From Escherichia coli O157:H7 (lineage in GTDB: Bacteria; Pseudomonadota; Gammaproteobacteria; Enterobacterales; Enterobacteriaceae): a stretch of DNA of 64,000 bases. Each line of letters opens with the position of its first letter. Position 1 is the first letter of the stretch. A model generated the notes under the pieces. It did not search any database and was not told where the DNA came from. It saw nothing but the letters and a program-made list of their open reading frames with translations. Of the stretch, positions 32,594-43,642 are shown one piece after another. The stretch is from the NCBI RefSeq assembly GCF_013167455.1, contig NZ_CP038328.1. One strand, written 5' to 3'. A program made the translations under genes and the position numbers.

Positions 32594-33644
32594 GCGCGAT
32601 GCAATCAATCATATTCGGCAGTTTGGCGGGCGTCTTGATCGCTTCCGTAAATCGGTCGGCGGCTCAGGCGACGGCGGTCGTAACGCACCGAAACGCGCGA
32701 AATCCTCGCCAAAACCGGTAAATCGCAAAACCAACGTTTTCAACGAACAGGTGCGCTATGCCTTCCACGGCGCATTGCAGGATCTGAAAAGCAAACCGTT
32801 CGCCACATTTTTAACGGTGATGGTTATCGCCATCTCCCTGACGCTGCCCAGCGTCTGTTATATGGTGTACAAAAACGTTAACCAGGCGGCGACGCAGTAT
32901 TATCCGTCACCGCAAATCACTGTTTATCTGCAAAAAACGCTGGACGATGACGCCGCTGCGGGCGTGGTGGCACAGTTGCAGGCCGAGCAAGGCGTAGAGA
33001 AAGTGAACTATCTTTCTCGTGAAGACGCACTGGGCGAGTTCCGTAACTGGTCTGGTTTTGGTGGCGCGCTGGATATGCTGGAAGAAAACCCGCTTCCGGC
33101 AGTGGCGGTGGTGATCCCGAAGCTCGACTTTCAGGGGACGGAGTCTCTGAATACGCTGCGTGATCGTATCACGCAGATTAACGGCATTGACGAAGTGCGG
33201 ATGGATGACAGCTGGTTTGCCCGTCTGGCGGCGTTGACCGGGCTGGTCGGGCGCGTTTCGGCGATGATCGGCGTGTTGATGGTGGCGGCAGTGTTCCTCG
33301 TCATCGGTAACAGTGTACGCCTGAGTATCTTTGCTCGTCGTGACTCCATTAACGTGCAGAAACTGATTGGTGCAACGGATGGTTTCATCCTGCGCCCGTT
33401 CCTGTACGGTGGCGCATTGCTGGGGTTTTCTGGCGCATTGTTGTCATTAATTTTATCAGAAATTCTGGTACTGCGATTGTCATCGGCGGTTGCGGAAGTG
33501 GCACAGGTTTTCGGAACGAAGTTTGATATCAATGGTTTATCGTTCGATGAATGCCTGCTGTTGCTGCTGGTATGCTCGATGATTGGCTGGGTGGCAGCGT
33601 GGCTTGCCACGGTACAACATTTACGCCACTTTACGCCTGAATAA
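32586..33644 (+). CDS. ftsX: Cell-division ABC permease-like protein FtsX
   Basis: Start at [12 protein letters not shown] gives 352 aa, overlapping the ftsE stop. Confidence 0.9.
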
Positions 33645-33660
33645 TAAAAGCGTGTTATAC

Positions 33661-33695
33661 TCTTTCCCTGCAATGGGTTCCGTAGCAGGGAAAGA
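33661..33695 (+). terminator. Strong hairpin after ftsX (11-bp stem TCTTTCCCTGC/GCAGGGAAAGA)
   Basis: Perfect 11-bp inverted repeat 17 nt after the ftsX stop with no U-run; terminator or processing/regulatory hairpin. Confidence 0.4.
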
Positions 33696-33768
33696 GACCC
33701 CGTTGTCTCTTCCCGGTATTTCATCTCTATGTCACATTTTGTGCGTAATTTATTCACAAGCCTGCATT

Positions 33769-33795
33769 GAACTTGTGGATAAAATCACGGTCTGA
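33769..33795 (+). promoter_or_regulatory. rpoH sigma-E-dependent promoter (P3) with overlapping DnaA box
   Basis: GAACTT (33769..33774), 16-nt spacer, TCTGA (33791..33795); TGTGGATAA (33774..33782) is the reverse complement of the DnaA box TTATCCACA. Confidence 0.7.
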
Positions 33796-33888
33796 TAAAA
33801 CAGTGAATGATAACCTCGTTGCTCTTAAGCTCTGGCACAGTTGTTGCTACCACTGAAGCGCCAGAAGATATCGATTGAGAGGATTTGA

Positions 33889-34743
33889 ATGACTGACAAA
33901 ATGCAAAGTTTAGCTTTAGCCCCAGTTGGCAACCTGGATTCCTACATCCGGGCAGCTAACGCGTGGCCGATGTTGTCGGCTGACGAGGAGCGGGCGCTGG
34001 CTGAAAAGCTGCATTACCATGGCGATCTGGAAGCAGCTAAAACGCTGATCCTGTCTCACCTGCGGTTTGTTGTTCATATTGCTCGTAATTATGCGGGCTA
34101 TGGCCTGCCACAGGCGGATTTGATTCAGGAAGGTAACATCGGCCTGATGAAAGCAGTGCGCCGTTTTAACCCGGAAGTGGGTGTGCGCCTGGTCTCCTTC
34201 GCCGTCCACTGGATCAAAGCAGAGATCCACGAATACGTTCTGCGTAACTGGCGTATCGTCAAAGTTGCGACCACCAAAGCGCAGCGCAAACTGTTCTTCA
34301 ACCTGCGTAAAACCAAGCAGCGTCTGGGCTGGTTTAACCAGGATGAAGTCGAAATGGTGGCCCGTGAACTGGGCGTAACCAGCAAAGACGTACGTGAGAT
34401 GGAATCACGTATGGCGGCACAGGACATGACCTTTGACCTGTCTTCCGACGACGATTCCGACAGCCAACCGATGGCACCGGTGCTCTATCTGCAGGATAAA
34501 TCATCTAACTTTGCCGACGGCATTGAAGATGATAACTGGGAAGAGCAGGCTGCAAACCGTCTGACCGACGCGATGCAGGGTCTGGACGAACGCAGCCAGG
34601 ACATCATCCGTGCGCGCTGGCTGGACGAAGACAACAAGTCCACGTTGCAGGAACTGGCTGACCGTTACGGTGTTTCCGCTGAGCGTGTGCGCCAGCTGGA
34701 AAAGAACGCGATGAAAAAACTGCGCGCTGCTATAGAAGCGTAA
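33889..34743 (+). CDS. rpoH: Heat-shock sigma factor RpoH (sigma-32)
   Basis: 284 aa with sigma-70-family regions 2 to 4. Confidence 0.96.
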   Translation: MTDKMQSLALAPVGNLDSYIRAANAWPMLSADEERALAEKLHYHGDLEAAKTLILSHLRFVVHIARNYAGYGLPQADLIQEGNIGLMKAVRRFNPEVGVRLVSFAVHWIKAEIHEYVLRNWRIVKVATTKAQRKLFFNLRKTKQRLGWFNQDEVEMVARELGVTSKDVREMESRMAAQDMTFDLSSDDDSDSQPMAPVLYLQDKSSNFADGIEDDNWEEQAANRLTDAMQGLDERSQDIIRARWLDEDNKSTLQELADRYGVSAERVRQLEKNAMKKLRAAIEA

Positions 34744-34764
34744 TTTCCGCTATTAAGCAGAGAA

Positions 34765-34796
34765 CCCTGGATGCGAGTCCGGGGTTTTTGTTTTTT
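34765..34796 (+). terminator. rpoH intrinsic terminator
   Basis: Stem CCCTGGA/TCCGGGG with a 6-nt loop, followed by TTTTTGTTTTTT. Confidence 0.75.
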
Positions 34797-35013
34797 GGGC
34801 CTCTACAATAATCAATTTCCCCTCCGGCAAAACGCCAATCCCCACGCAGATTGTTAATAAACTGTCAAAATAGCTATTCCAATATCATAAAAATCGGGTA
34901 TGTTTTAGCAGAGTATGCTGCTAAAGCACGGGTAGTCATGCATAAAACGAAATAAAGTGCTGAACAACAACATCACAACACACGTAATAACCAGAAGAAT
35001 GGGGATTCTCAGG

Positions 35014-36117
35014 ATGAACATAAAGGGTAAAGCGTTACTGGCAGGATGTATCGCGCTGGCATTCAGCAATATGGCTCTGGCAGAAGATATTAAAGTCGCG
35101 GTCGTGGGCGCAATGTCCGGTCCGGTTGCGCAGTACGGTGACCAGGAGTTTACCGGCGCAGAGCAGGCGGTTGCGGATATCAACGCTAAAGGCGGCATTA
35201 AAGGCAACAAACTGCAAATCGTAAAATATGACGATGCCTGTGACCCGAAACAGGCGGTTGCGGTGGCGAACAAAGTCGTTAACGACGGCATTAAATACGT
35301 GATTGGTCACCTCTGTTCTTCATCAACGCAGCCTGCGTCTGACATCTACGAAGACGAAGGCATTTTAATGATCACCCCAGCGGCAACCGCGCCGGAGCTG
35401 ACCGCCCGTGGCTATCAGCTGATCCTGCGCACCACCGGCCTGGACTCCGACCAGGGGCCGACGGCGGCGAAATATATTCTTGAGAAAGTGAAACCGCAGC
35501 GTATTGCTATCGTTCACGACAAACAGCAATACGGCGAAGGTCTGGCACGAGCGGTGCAGGACGGCCTGAAGAAAGGCAATGCTAACGTGGTGTTCTTTGA
35601 TGGTATCACCGCCGGGGAAAAAGATTTCTCAACGCTGGTGGCGCGTCTGAAAAAAGAGAATATCGACTTCGTTTACTACGGCGGTTATCACCCGGAAATG
35701 GGGCAAATCCTGCGTCAGGCACGCGCGGCAGGGTTGAAAACTCAGTTTATGGGGCCGGAAGGCGTGGCTAACGTCTCGCTGTCTAACATTGCGGGCGAAT
35801 CAGCGGAAGGGCTGCTGGTGACCAAGCCGAAGAACTACGATCAGGTTCCGGCGAACAAACCCATTGTTGATGCGATCAAAGCGAAAAAACAGGACCCAAG
35901 CGGCGCATTCGTTTGGACCACCTACGCCGCGCTGCAATCTTTGCAGGCGGGCCTGAATCAGTCTGACGATCCGGCTGAAATCGCCAAATACCTGAAAGCG
36001 AACTCCGTGGATACCGTAATGGGACCGCTGACCTGGGATGAGAAAGGCGATCTGAAAGGCTTTGAGTTCGGTGTGTTTGACTGGCACGCCAACGGCACGG
36101 CAACCGATGCGAAGTAA
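35014..36117 (+). CDS. livJ: Leu/Ile/Val-binding periplasmic protein LivJ
   Basis: Start at [11 protein letters not shown] gives 367 aa with signal peptide; the sequence is a paralogue of the livK product downstream. Confidence 0.93.
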   Translation: MNIKGKALLAGCIALAFSNMALAEDIKVAVVGAMSGPVAQYGDQEFTGAEQAVADINAKGGIKGNKLQIVKYDDACDPKQAVAVANKVVNDGIKYVIGHLCSSSTQPASDIYEDEGILMITPAATAPELTARGYQLILRTTGLDSDQGPTAAKYILEKVKPQRIAIVHDKQQYGEGLARAVQDGLKKGNANVVFFDGITAGEKDFSTLVARLKKENIDFVYYGGYHPEMGQILRQARAAGLKTQFMGPEGVANVSLSNIAGESAEGLLVTKPKNYDQVPANKPIVDAIKAKKQDPSGAFVWTTYAALQSLQAGLNQSDDPAEIAKYLKANSVDTVMGPLTWDEKGDLKGFEFGVFDWHANGTATDAK

Positions 36118-36137
36118 CAGATAGATAAATGAAAATG

Positions 36138-36169
36138 CCCGATGCGCTGAACTGCCATCGGGTTTTTTT
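36138..36169 (+). terminator. livJ intrinsic terminator
   Basis: Stem CCCGATG/CATCGGG with an 11-nt loop followed by TTTTTTT. Confidence 0.8.
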
Positions 36170-36219
36170 GTGTTTGTCGAAATGGTTGTAGAAAGATTAA
36201 ACAATCCAGGATATGCTTA

Positions 36220-36242
36220 ATGTACGGTGACATACCGTACAT
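36220..36242 (+). promoter_or_regulatory. Palindromic operator upstream of the toxin-antitoxin operon
   Basis: Perfect dyad ATGTACGGT-GACAT-ACCGTACAT directly upstream of a TATTAT -10-like hexamer and the antitoxin ribosome-binding site. Confidence 0.55.
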
Positions 36243-36266
36243 ATTATACGGAGCAGGAGAGTTCAC

Positions 36267-36533
36267 ATGTCTGCTGTTAAAAAGCAGCGTATCGATCTGC
36301 GTTTAACTGACGATGACAAAAGTATGATTGAGGAAGCGGCAGCGATATCTAATCAGTCCGTCAGCCAATTTATGTTGAACAGCGCTTCGCAGCGGGCTGC
36401 GGAAGTGATTGAACAGCATCGGCGGGTGATCCTCAATGAGGAATCCTGGACGCGGGTGATGGATGCGCTGAGTAATCCACCGTCACCAGGTGAAAAGCTA
36501 AAACGTGCGGCAAAACGTCTTCAGGGAATGTAA
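36267..36533 (+). CDS. DUF1778-family antitoxin (TacA/AtaR/ItaR-like) of a GNAT toxin-antitoxin module
   Basis: 88 aa, 6 nt upstream of a GNAT toxin gene; small charged protein typical of DUF1778 antitoxins. Confidence 0.8.
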   Translation: MSAVKKQRIDLRLTDDDKSMIEEAAAISNQSVSQFMLNSASQRAAEVIEQHRRVILNEESWTRVMDALSNPPSPGEKLKRAAKRLQGM

Positions 36534-36539
36534 TAATTT

Positions 36540-37067
36540 ATGGATGATCTGACGATAGAGATTCTGACCGATGATGCAGATTATGATCTACAGCGATTCG
36601 ACTGCGGCGAGGAAGCGTTAAATCTCTTTCTGACGACACATCTCGTTCGTCAACATCGCAACAAAATTCTGCGAGCGTATATCCTTTGTCGCAACACTCC
36701 AGAACGTCAGGTGCTGGGATATTACACATTATGCGGCAGTTGTTTTGAACGAGCCGCATTGCCCTCGAAATCGAAACAGAAAAAAATTCCCTACAAAAAT
36801 ATTCCCAGCGTTACTCTTGGGCGTCTGGCAATTGATCGTTCATTACAGGGGCAGGGATGGGGAGCAACACTGGTTGCTCATGCCATGAAAGTCGTCTGGT
36901 CAGCCTCTTTAGCGGTAGGTATTCACGGTCTTTTTGTCGAGGCGCTGAATGAAAAAGCCCATACGTTTTATAAATCGCTGGGCTTTATCCCTTTAGTCGG
37001 GGAAAACGAAAATGCGTTATTTTTCCCAACCAAATCCATTGAACTGCTTTTTACACAGAGCGATTAA
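36540..37067 (+). CDS. GNAT-fold acetyltransferase toxin (TacT/AtaT/ItaT-family tRNA-acetylating toxin)
   Basis: 175 aa; motifs FDCGEEALNLFL and LGRLAIDRSLQGQGWGATL are typical of aminoacyl-tRNA-acetylating GNAT toxins. Confidence 0.8.
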   Translation: MDDLTIEILTDDADYDLQRFDCGEEALNLFLTTHLVRQHRNKILRAYILCRNTPERQVLGYYTLCGSCFERAALPSKSKQKKIPYKNIPSVTLGRLAIDRSLQGQGWGATLVAHAMKVVWSASLAVGIHGLFVEALNEKAHTFYKSLGFIPLVGENENALFFPTKSIELLFTQSD

Positions 37068-37447
37068 CGCTTCTCCCAGCCGCCCTGCTGTGCCGTAAAT
37101 CCCAGTGCCTGCATAAACGCCGTCATCACACCGCGATCTTCCACGCCTGCATCCGCCATCCACCAGCATGAAACGCCAGGATTGTTACGCAAAACCTCTT
37201 CCAGCAGATATTGCCCCACACCGCGACGTCGAGTGACTTCCCGCACGCGCAGGGAATCCAGTGCCCCCTCGGTGCCGCTTAAGGTTACCCGCACGGCAGC
37301 AAGCAGGCGCTCGTTAAAACGCGCGGCGTAGATGCGGTGGTTATCGTCAACCTGTAAAGAGGAAGGGGAATACTCCGGCCAGATCTTTTGCAGGTCAATC
37401 CGGTCCTGGTCGCTAAATTTTTCTAATCGAATGATGGTCAGCTTCAT
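37064..37447 (-). CDS. panZ: PanD maturation factor PanZ (PanM/YhhK; GNAT fold)
   Basis: 127 aa matching PanZ; its 3' end overlaps the toxin gene's 3' end by 4 bp (convergent). Confidence 0.85.
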   Translation of the reverse strand: MKLTIIRLEKFSDQDRIDLQKIWPEYSPSSLQVDDNHRIYAARFNERLLAAVRVTLSGTEGALDSLRVREVTRRRGVGQYLLEEVLRNNPGVSCWWMADAGVEDRGVMTAFMQALGFTAQQGGWEKR

Positions 37448-37870
37448 GGGTAACCCGTGTAAATCACAAAAGTGGAACCAGTGTAGCGAAATAATTTAAT
37501 CGGAGGCTTTCTCTTTTTTATTTCTTTTGGCAGGTGATTAATTTCTTAACAGCAATAATTACAAAGTTAAAACATTAGAGAATGAAAAATACCCAGCATA
37601 ATCCCCTGAATGGTAGTGAATTATTCCGCCCTTTGTGCCGTTATTTTATGCTGACAAAGGCACTTTTTTCTGTTTATCTATCAATAAATTCAGAATATTA
37701 TCTGTTCTTAATCGACTGAAAAATAGGGACTTTAATCGCTATTATCACAAAATACTGCGCTAAACCCTTAATCAGACAGGCAAAAACAGTGCAGTATAAA
37801 AAAAGAACAGTCTGATTTGTTAACACATAAAAACAAAGCAACACAACATCACGAATGGGGATTTTTGACT

Positions 37871-38980
37871 ATGAAACGGAATGCGAAAACTATCATCGCA
37901 GGGATGATTGCACTGGCAATTTCACACACCGCTTTAGCCGACGATATTAAAGTTGCCGTTGTCGGCGCGATGTCCGGCCCGATTGCCCAGTGGGGCGATA
38001 TGGAATTTAACGGCGCGCGTCAGGCGATTAAAGACATTAATGCCAAAGGGGGAATTAAAGGCGATAAGCTGGTTGGCGTAGAATATGACGACGCCTGCGA
38101 CCCGAAACAAGCCGTTGCGGTCGCCAACAAAATCGTTAATGACGGCATTAAATACGTTATTGGTCATCTGTGTTCTTCTTCTACCCAGCCTGCGTCAGAT
38201 ATCTATGAAGACGAAGGTATTCTTATGATCTCGCCGGGAGCGACAAACCCGGAGCTGACCCAACGCGGTTATCAACACATTATGCGTACTGCCGGGCTGG
38301 ACTCTTCCCAGGGGCCAACGGCGGCAAAATACATTCTTGAGACGGTGAAGCCCCAGCGCATCGCCATCATTCACGACAAACAACAGTATGGCGAAGGGCT
38401 GGCGCGTTCGGTGCAGGACGGGCTGAAAGCGGCTAACGCCAACGTCGTCTTCTTCGACGGTATTACCGCCGGGGAGAAAGATTTCTCCGCGCTGATCGCC
38501 CGCCTGAAAAAAGAAAACATCGACTTCGTTTACTACGGCGGTTACTACCCGGAAATGGGGCAGATGCTGCGCCAGGCCCGTTCCGTTGGCCTGAAAACCC
38601 AGTTTATGGGGCCGGAAGGTGTGGGTAATGCGTCGTTGTCGAACATTGCCGGTGATGCCGCCGAAGGCATGTTGGTCACTATGCCAAAACGCTATGACCA
38701 GGATCCGGCAAACCAGGGCATCGTTGATGCGCTGAAAGCAGACAAGAAAGATCCGTCCGGGCCTTATGTCTGGATCACCTACGCGGCGGTGCAATCTCTG
38801 GCAACTGCCCTTGAACGTACCGGCAGCGATGAGCCGCTGGCGCTGGTGAAAGATTTAAAAGCTAACGGTGCAAACACCGTGATTGGGCCGCTGAACTGGG
38901 ATGAAAAAGGCGATCTTAAGGGATTTGATTTTGGTGTCTTCCAGTGGCACGCCGACGGTTCATCCACGGCAGCCAAGTGA
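37871..38980 (+). CDS. livK: Leucine-specific periplasmic binding protein LivK
   Basis: Start at [11 protein letters not shown] gives 369 aa with signal peptide; first gene of livKHMGF. Confidence 0.93.
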   Translation: MKRNAKTIIAGMIALAISHTALADDIKVAVVGAMSGPIAQWGDMEFNGARQAIKDINAKGGIKGDKLVGVEYDDACDPKQAVAVANKIVNDGIKYVIGHLCSSSTQPASDIYEDEGILMISPGATNPELTQRGYQHIMRTAGLDSSQGPTAAKYILETVKPQRIAIIHDKQQYGEGLARSVQDGLKAANANVVFFDGITAGEKDFSALIARLKKENIDFVYYGGYYPEMGQMLRQARSVGLKTQFMGPEGVGNASLSNIAGDAAEGMLVTMPKRYDQDPANQGIVDALKADKKDPSGPYVWITYAAVQSLATALERTGSDEPLALVKDLKANGANTVIGPLNWDEKGDLKGFDFGVFQWHADGSSTAAK

Positions 38981-39027
38981 AAATCCCACCGCCCGTGAAA
39001 TGCGGGCGGGTTTAGAAAGGTTACCTT

Positions 39028-39954
39028 ATGTCTGAGCAGTTTTTGTATTTCTTGCAGCAGATGTTTAACGGCGTCACGCTGGGCAGTACTTACGCGCTGA
39101 TTGCCATCGGCTACACCATGGTTTACGGCATTATCGGCATGATCAACTTCGCCCACGGCGAGGTTTACATGATCGGCAGCTACGTCTCATTTATGATCAT
39201 CGCCGCACTGATGATGATGGGCATTGATACCGGCTGGCTGCTGGTAGCGGCGGGATTCGTCGGCGCAATCGTCATTGCCAGCGCCTACGGCTGGAGTATC
39301 GAACGGGTGGCTTACCGCCCGGTGCGTAACTCTAAGCGCCTGATTGCACTCATCTCGGCAATCGGTATGTCCATCTTCCTGCAAAACTACGTCAGCCTGA
39401 CTGAAGGTTCGCGCGACGTGGCGCTGCCCAGCTTGTTTAATGGTCAGTGGGTAGTGGGTCATAGCGAAAACTTCTCTGCCTCTATTACCACCATGCAGGC
39501 GGTGATCTGGATTGTCACCTTCCTCGCCATGCTGGCGCTGACGATTTTCATTCGTTATTCCCGTATGGGGCGCGCCTGCCGTGCCTGCGCCGAAGATCTG
39601 AAAATGGCGAGCCTGCTTGGCATTAACACCGACCGGGTGATTGCTTTGACCTTTGTGATTGGCGCGGCGATGGCGGCGGTGGCGGGCGTACTGCTCGGTC
39701 AGTTCTACGGCGTCATTAACCCCTATATCGGCTTTATGGCCGGGATGAAAGCCTTTACCGCTGCGGTGCTCGGTGGGATTGGCAGCATTCCGGGAGCGAT
39801 GATTGGCGGGCTGATTCTGGGGATTGCGGAGGCGCTCTCTTCTGCCTACCTGAGTACGGAATATAAAGATGTGGTCTCATTCGCCCTGCTGATTCTGGTG
39901 CTGCTGGTGATGCCGACCGGTATTCTGGGTCGCCCGGAGGTAGAGAAAGTATGA
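39028..39954 (+). CDS. livH: Branched-chain amino-acid ABC permease LivH
   Basis: 308-aa polytopic permease. Confidence 0.95.
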   Translation: MSEQFLYFLQQMFNGVTLGSTYALIAIGYTMVYGIIGMINFAHGEVYMIGSYVSFMIIAALMMMGIDTGWLLVAAGFVGAIVIASAYGWSIERVAYRPVRNSKRLIALISAIGMSIFLQNYVSLTEGSRDVALPSLFNGQWVVGHSENFSASITTMQAVIWIVTFLAMLALTIFIRYSRMGRACRACAEDLKMASLLGINTDRVIALTFVIGAAMAAVAGVLLGQFYGVINPYIGFMAGMKAFTAAVLGGIGSIPGAMIGGLILGIAEALSSAYLSTEYKDVVSFALLILVLLVMPTGILGRPEVEKV

Positions 39955-41228
39955 AACCGATGCATATTGCAATGGCGTTGCTCTCTGCCGCGATGTTTTT
40001 TGTCCTGGCGGGCGTCTTTATGGGCGTACAACTGGAGCTGGATGGCACCAAACTGGTGGTCGACACGGCTTCAGACATCCGTTGGCAGTGGGTGTTTATC
40101 GGCACGGCGGTGGTCTTTTTCTTCCAGCTTTTGCGACCGGCTTTCCAGAAAGGGTTGAAAAGCGTTTCCGGACCGAAGTTTATTCTGCCCGCCATTGATG
40201 GCTCCACGGTGAAGCAAAAGCTGTTTCTCGTGGCGCTGCTGGTGCTTGCGGTGGCGTGGCCGTTTATGGTCTCACGCGGGACGGTGGATATCGCCACCCT
40301 GACCATGATCTACATTATCCTCGGACTCGGGCTGAACGTGGTGGTAGGGCTTTCTGGTCTGCTGGTGCTGGGGTACGGCGGCTTTTACGCCATCGGCGCT
40401 TATACCTTTGCGCTGCTCAATCACTATTACGGCTTGGGCTTCTGGACCTGTCTGCCGATAGCCGGGTTGATGGCGGCGGCGGCGGGCTTCCTGCTCGGCT
40501 TCCCGGTGCTTCGCTTGCGCGGTGACTATCTGGCGATCGTTACCCTCGGTTTCGGCGAAATTGTGCGCATATTGCTACTCAATAACACCGAAATTACCGG
40601 CGGTCCGAACGGTATCAGTCAGATCCCGAAACCGACTTTTTTCGGCCTTGAGTTCAGCCGTACCGCTCGTGAAGGCGGCTGGGACACGTTCAGTAATTTC
40701 TTTGGCCTGAAATACGATCCCTCCGATCGTGTCATTTTCCTCTACCTGGTGGCGTTGCTGCTGGTGGTGCTAAGCCTGTTTGTCATTAACCGCCTGCTGC
40801 GGATGCCGCTGGGTCGCGCCTGGGAAGCGTTGCGTGAAGATGAAATCGCCTGCCGTTCGCTGGGCTTAAGCCCGCGTCGTATCAAGCTGACTGCCTTTAC
40901 CATCAGCGCCGCGTTTGCCGGTTTTGCCGGAACGCTGTTTGCTGCGCGTCAGGGCTTTGTCAGCCCGGAATCCTTCACCTTTGCCGAATCGGCGTTTGTG
41001 CTGGCGATAGTGGTGCTCGGCGGTATGGGCTCGCAATTTGCGGTAATTCTGGCGGCAATTTTGCTGGTGGTGTCGCGCGAGTTGATGCGTGATTTCAACG
41101 AATACAGCATGTTAATGCTCGGTGGTTTGATGGTGCTGATGATGATCTGGCGTCCGCAGGGCTTGCTGCCCATGACGCGCCCGCAACTGAAGCTGAAAAA
41201 CGGCGCAGCGAAAGGAGAGCAGGCATGA
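39951..41228 (+). CDS. livM: Branched-chain amino-acid ABC permease LivM
   Basis: 425-aa permease; 4-bp overlap with livH. Confidence 0.95.
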   Translation: MKPMHIAMALLSAAMFFVLAGVFMGVQLELDGTKLVVDTASDIRWQWVFIGTAVVFFFQLLRPAFQKGLKSVSGPKFILPAIDGSTVKQKLFLVALLVLAVAWPFMVSRGTVDIATLTMIYIILGLGLNVVVGLSGLLVLGYGGFYAIGAYTFALLNHYYGLGFWTCLPIAGLMAAAAGFLLGFPVLRLRGDYLAIVTLGFGEIVRILLLNNTEITGGPNGISQIPKPTFFGLEFSRTAREGGWDTFSNFFGLKYDPSDRVIFLYLVALLLVVLSLFVINRLLRMPLGRAWEALREDEIACRSLGLSPRRIKLTAFTISAAFAGFAGTLFAARQGFVSPESFTFAESAFVLAIVVLGGMGSQFAVILAAILLVVSRELMRDFNEYSMLMLGGLMVLMMIWRPQGLLPMTRPQLKLKNGAAKGEQA

Positions 41229-41992
41229 GTCAGCCATTATTATCTGTTAACGGCCTGATGATGCGCTTCGGCGGCCTGCTGGCTGTGAATAACGTCAATC
41301 TTGAATTGTACCCGCAGGAGATCGTCTCGTTAATCGGTCCTAACGGTGCCGGAAAAACCACGGTCTTTAACTGCCTGACCGGATTCTACAAACCCACCGG
41401 CGGCACTATTTTACTGCGCGATCAGCATCTGGAGGGTTTGCCGGGGCAGCAAATCGCCCGCATGGGCGTGGTGCGTACCTTCCAGCATGTGCGTCTGTTC
41501 CGCGAAATGACGGTAATTGAAAACCTGCTGGTGGCGCAGCATCAGCAACTGAAAACCGGGCTGTTCTCTGGCCTGTTGAAAACGCCTTCTTTCCGTCGCG
41601 CCCAAAGTGAAGCGCTCGACCGCGCCGCCACCTGGCTTGAGCGCATTGGTTTGCTGGAACACGCCAACCGTCAGGCGAGTAACCTGGCCTACGGTGACCA
41701 GCGCCGTCTGGAGATTGCCCGCTGCATGGTGACGCAGCCGGAGATTTTAATGATCGACGAACCTGCGGCAGGTCTTAACCCGAAAGAAACGAAAGAGCTG
41801 GATGAGCTGATTGCCGAACTGCGCAATCATCACAACACCACTATCTTGTTGATTGAACACGATATGAAGCTGGTGATGGGAATTTCGGACCGAATTTACG
41901 TGGTCAATCAGGGGACGCCGCTGGCAAACGGTACGCCGGAGCAAATCCGTAATAACCCGGACGTGATCCGTGCCTATTTAGGTGAGGCATAA
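41225..41992 (+). CDS. livG: Branched-chain amino-acid ABC ATPase LivG
   Basis: 255 aa; Walker [10 protein letters not shown]. Confidence 0.95.
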   Translation: MSQPLLSVNGLMMRFGGLLAVNNVNLELYPQEIVSLIGPNGAGKTTVFNCLTGFYKPTGGTILLRDQHLEGLPGQQIARMGVVRTFQHVRLFREMTVIENLLVAQHQQLKTGLFSGLLKTPSFRRAQSEALDRAATWLERIGLLEHANRQASNLAYGDQRRLEIARCMVTQPEILMIDEPAAGLNPKETKELDELIAELRNHHNTTILLIEHDMKLVMGISDRIYVVNQGTPLANGTPEQIRNNPDVIRAYLGEA

Positions 41993-41993
41993 G

Positions 41994-42707
41994 ATGGAAA
42001 AAGTCATGTTGTCCTTTGACAAAGTCAGCGCCCACTACGGCAAAATCCAGGCGCTGCATGAGGTGAGCCTGCATATCAATCAGGGCGAGATTGTCACGCT
42101 GATTGGCGCGAACGGGGCGGGGAAAACCACCTTGCTCGGCACGTTATGCGGCGATCCGCGCGCCACCAGCGGGCGAATTGTGTTTGATGATAAAGACATT
42201 ACCGACTGGCAGACGGCGAAAATCATGCGCGAAGCGGTAGCGATTGTCCCGGAAGGGCGTCGCGTCTTCTCGCGGATGACGGTGGAAGAGAACCTGGCGA
42301 TGGGCGGCTTTTTTGCCGAACGTGATCAGTTTCAGGAGCGCATAAAGTGGGTGTATGAGCTGTTTCCACGTCTTCATGAGCGTCGTGTTCAGCGGGCAGG
42401 CACCATGTCCGGCGGTGAACAGCAGATGCTGGCGATTGGTCGCGCGCTGATGAGCAATCCGCGTTTGTTGTTGCTTGATGAGCCATCGCTCGGTCTTGCG
42501 CCGATTATCATCCAGCAAATTTTCGACACCATCGAGCAGCTGCGCGAGCAGGGGATGACTATCTTCCTCGTCGAGCAGAACGCCAACCAGGCGCTGAAGC
42601 TCGCTGATCGCGGCTACGTGCTGGAAAACGGCCATGTTGTGCTCTCCGATACTGGTGATGCGCTGCTGGCGAACGAAGCAGTGAGAAGTGCGTATTTAGG
42701 CGGGTAA
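41994..42707 (+). CDS. livF: Branched-chain amino-acid ABC ATPase LivF
   Basis: Start at MEKVMLSFDKV gives 237 aa; Walker A GANGAGKTT. Confidence 0.93.
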   Translation: MEKVMLSFDKVSAHYGKIQALHEVSLHINQGEIVTLIGANGAGKTTLLGTLCGDPRATSGRIVFDDKDITDWQTAKIMREAVAIVPEGRRVFSRMTVEENLAMGGFFAERDQFQERIKWVYELFPRLHERRVQRAGTMSGGEQQMLAIGRALMSNPRLLLLDEPSLGLAPIIIQQIFDTIEQLREQGMTIFLVEQNANQALKLADRGYVLENGHVVLSDTGDALLANEAVRSAYLGG

Positions 42708-42716
42708 ATTATCGAT

Positions 42717-42746
42717 AACCCGGCAGCTAAGTTCTGCCGGGTTATT
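42717..42746 (+). terminator. livF terminator hairpin
   Basis: Stem ACCCGGCAG/CTGCCGGGT with a 7-nt loop followed by TATTCG (short T-run). Confidence 0.55.
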
Positions 42747-42825
42747 CGTCCGTATACAGACTTGTTTCAACTGACCGGGAGGATTAAAACCAGACCACTT
42801 ATTTGCCACGGAAAGGTTCCCTCCC

Positions 42826-43572
42826 ATGCATTATGCCGTTGTTGTCATGCTTGAACTGCTTTGCTGTATTCACGCTTACCGTACCGGACAAGAGCGGTAC
42901 TGGATTTTTATCATTTTCTGTTTTCCGGTGATTGGCTGCGTGGCGTATTTCGTCATAGTGATGCTGCCTGAAACGGGCGCTGACCGTCACGGGCATACTT
43001 TGCTGATGCGCCTGCAGGACAAACTCAACCCTGAGCGCCACCTGCGCAAATTAACCGAAGAACTGGCGATTGCCGAGACGAATCAAAACCATTATGCGTT
43101 GGCTAATGAACTGGCGCGTCTGGGGCGTTATCACGAAGCTGTTCCCCATTATCAGCAGGCGTTAAGCGGGATATTCGCCCATGAAGCGGCAATGATGCTA
43201 AGCCTGGCGCAGGCACAGTTTGCTATTCAGGAGTTCGCCGCCTGTCAGCAGACGCTGGAAGATGTGATGCGTTATAACCCTGATTTTCAGTCGGCAGACG
43301 GGCATTTGTTATTTGCCAGAACGTTAGCCGCACAAGAAAAATACGCTGATGCGGAAAGCGAGTTTGAAGTATTGATTTCTTATTACCCCGGCCCGCAGGC
43401 GCGTATTTACTATGCGGAAATGTTGGCGAAAATGAGTCGGTTACGTGAAGCCAACGAGCAGTATGTTGCCGTGGTTGATACGGCTAAACGCTCAAGACCT
43501 CATTATAGAAAACACCACCGGGAATGGATTAAGACCGCCAATGAGCGGCTGAAGCAGAGTGTGGTGCAATGA
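42826..43572 (+). CDS. Hypothetical membrane-anchored protein: N-terminal PLD-N-like transmembrane hairpin plus C-terminal TPR-like helical domain
   Basis: 248-aa ORF with an AAAGG ribosome-binding site; hydrophobic N-terminus (YWIFIIFCFPVIGCVAYFVIVMLPE); helical repeat C-terminus; its own terminator at 43643..43680. Confidence 0.55.
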   Translation: MHYAVVVMLELLCCIHAYRTGQERYWIFIIFCFPVIGCVAYFVIVMLPETGADRHGHTLLMRLQDKLNPERHLRKLTEELAIAETNQNHYALANELARLGRYHEAVPHYQQALSGIFAHEAAMMLSLAQAQFAIQEFAACQQTLEDVMRYNPDFQSADGHLLFARTLAAQEKYADAESEFEVLISYYPGPQARIYYAEMLAKMSRLREANEQYVAVVDTAKRSRPHYRKHHREWIKTANERLKQSVVQ

Positions 43573-43642
43573 AAATCTTCTTTGCCGTTAGACCAGTGTC
43601 GCGGCAATCTTTTGTTAAAATTGAAAAATGTAGCTCTCATCG

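Noticed and set aside
33131-33757. 208-aa minus-strand ORF
   Set aside because: Antisense to ftsX and running into the rpoH promoter region; no independent support.
38195-38794. 199-aa minus-strand ORF
   Set aside because: Antisense to livK.
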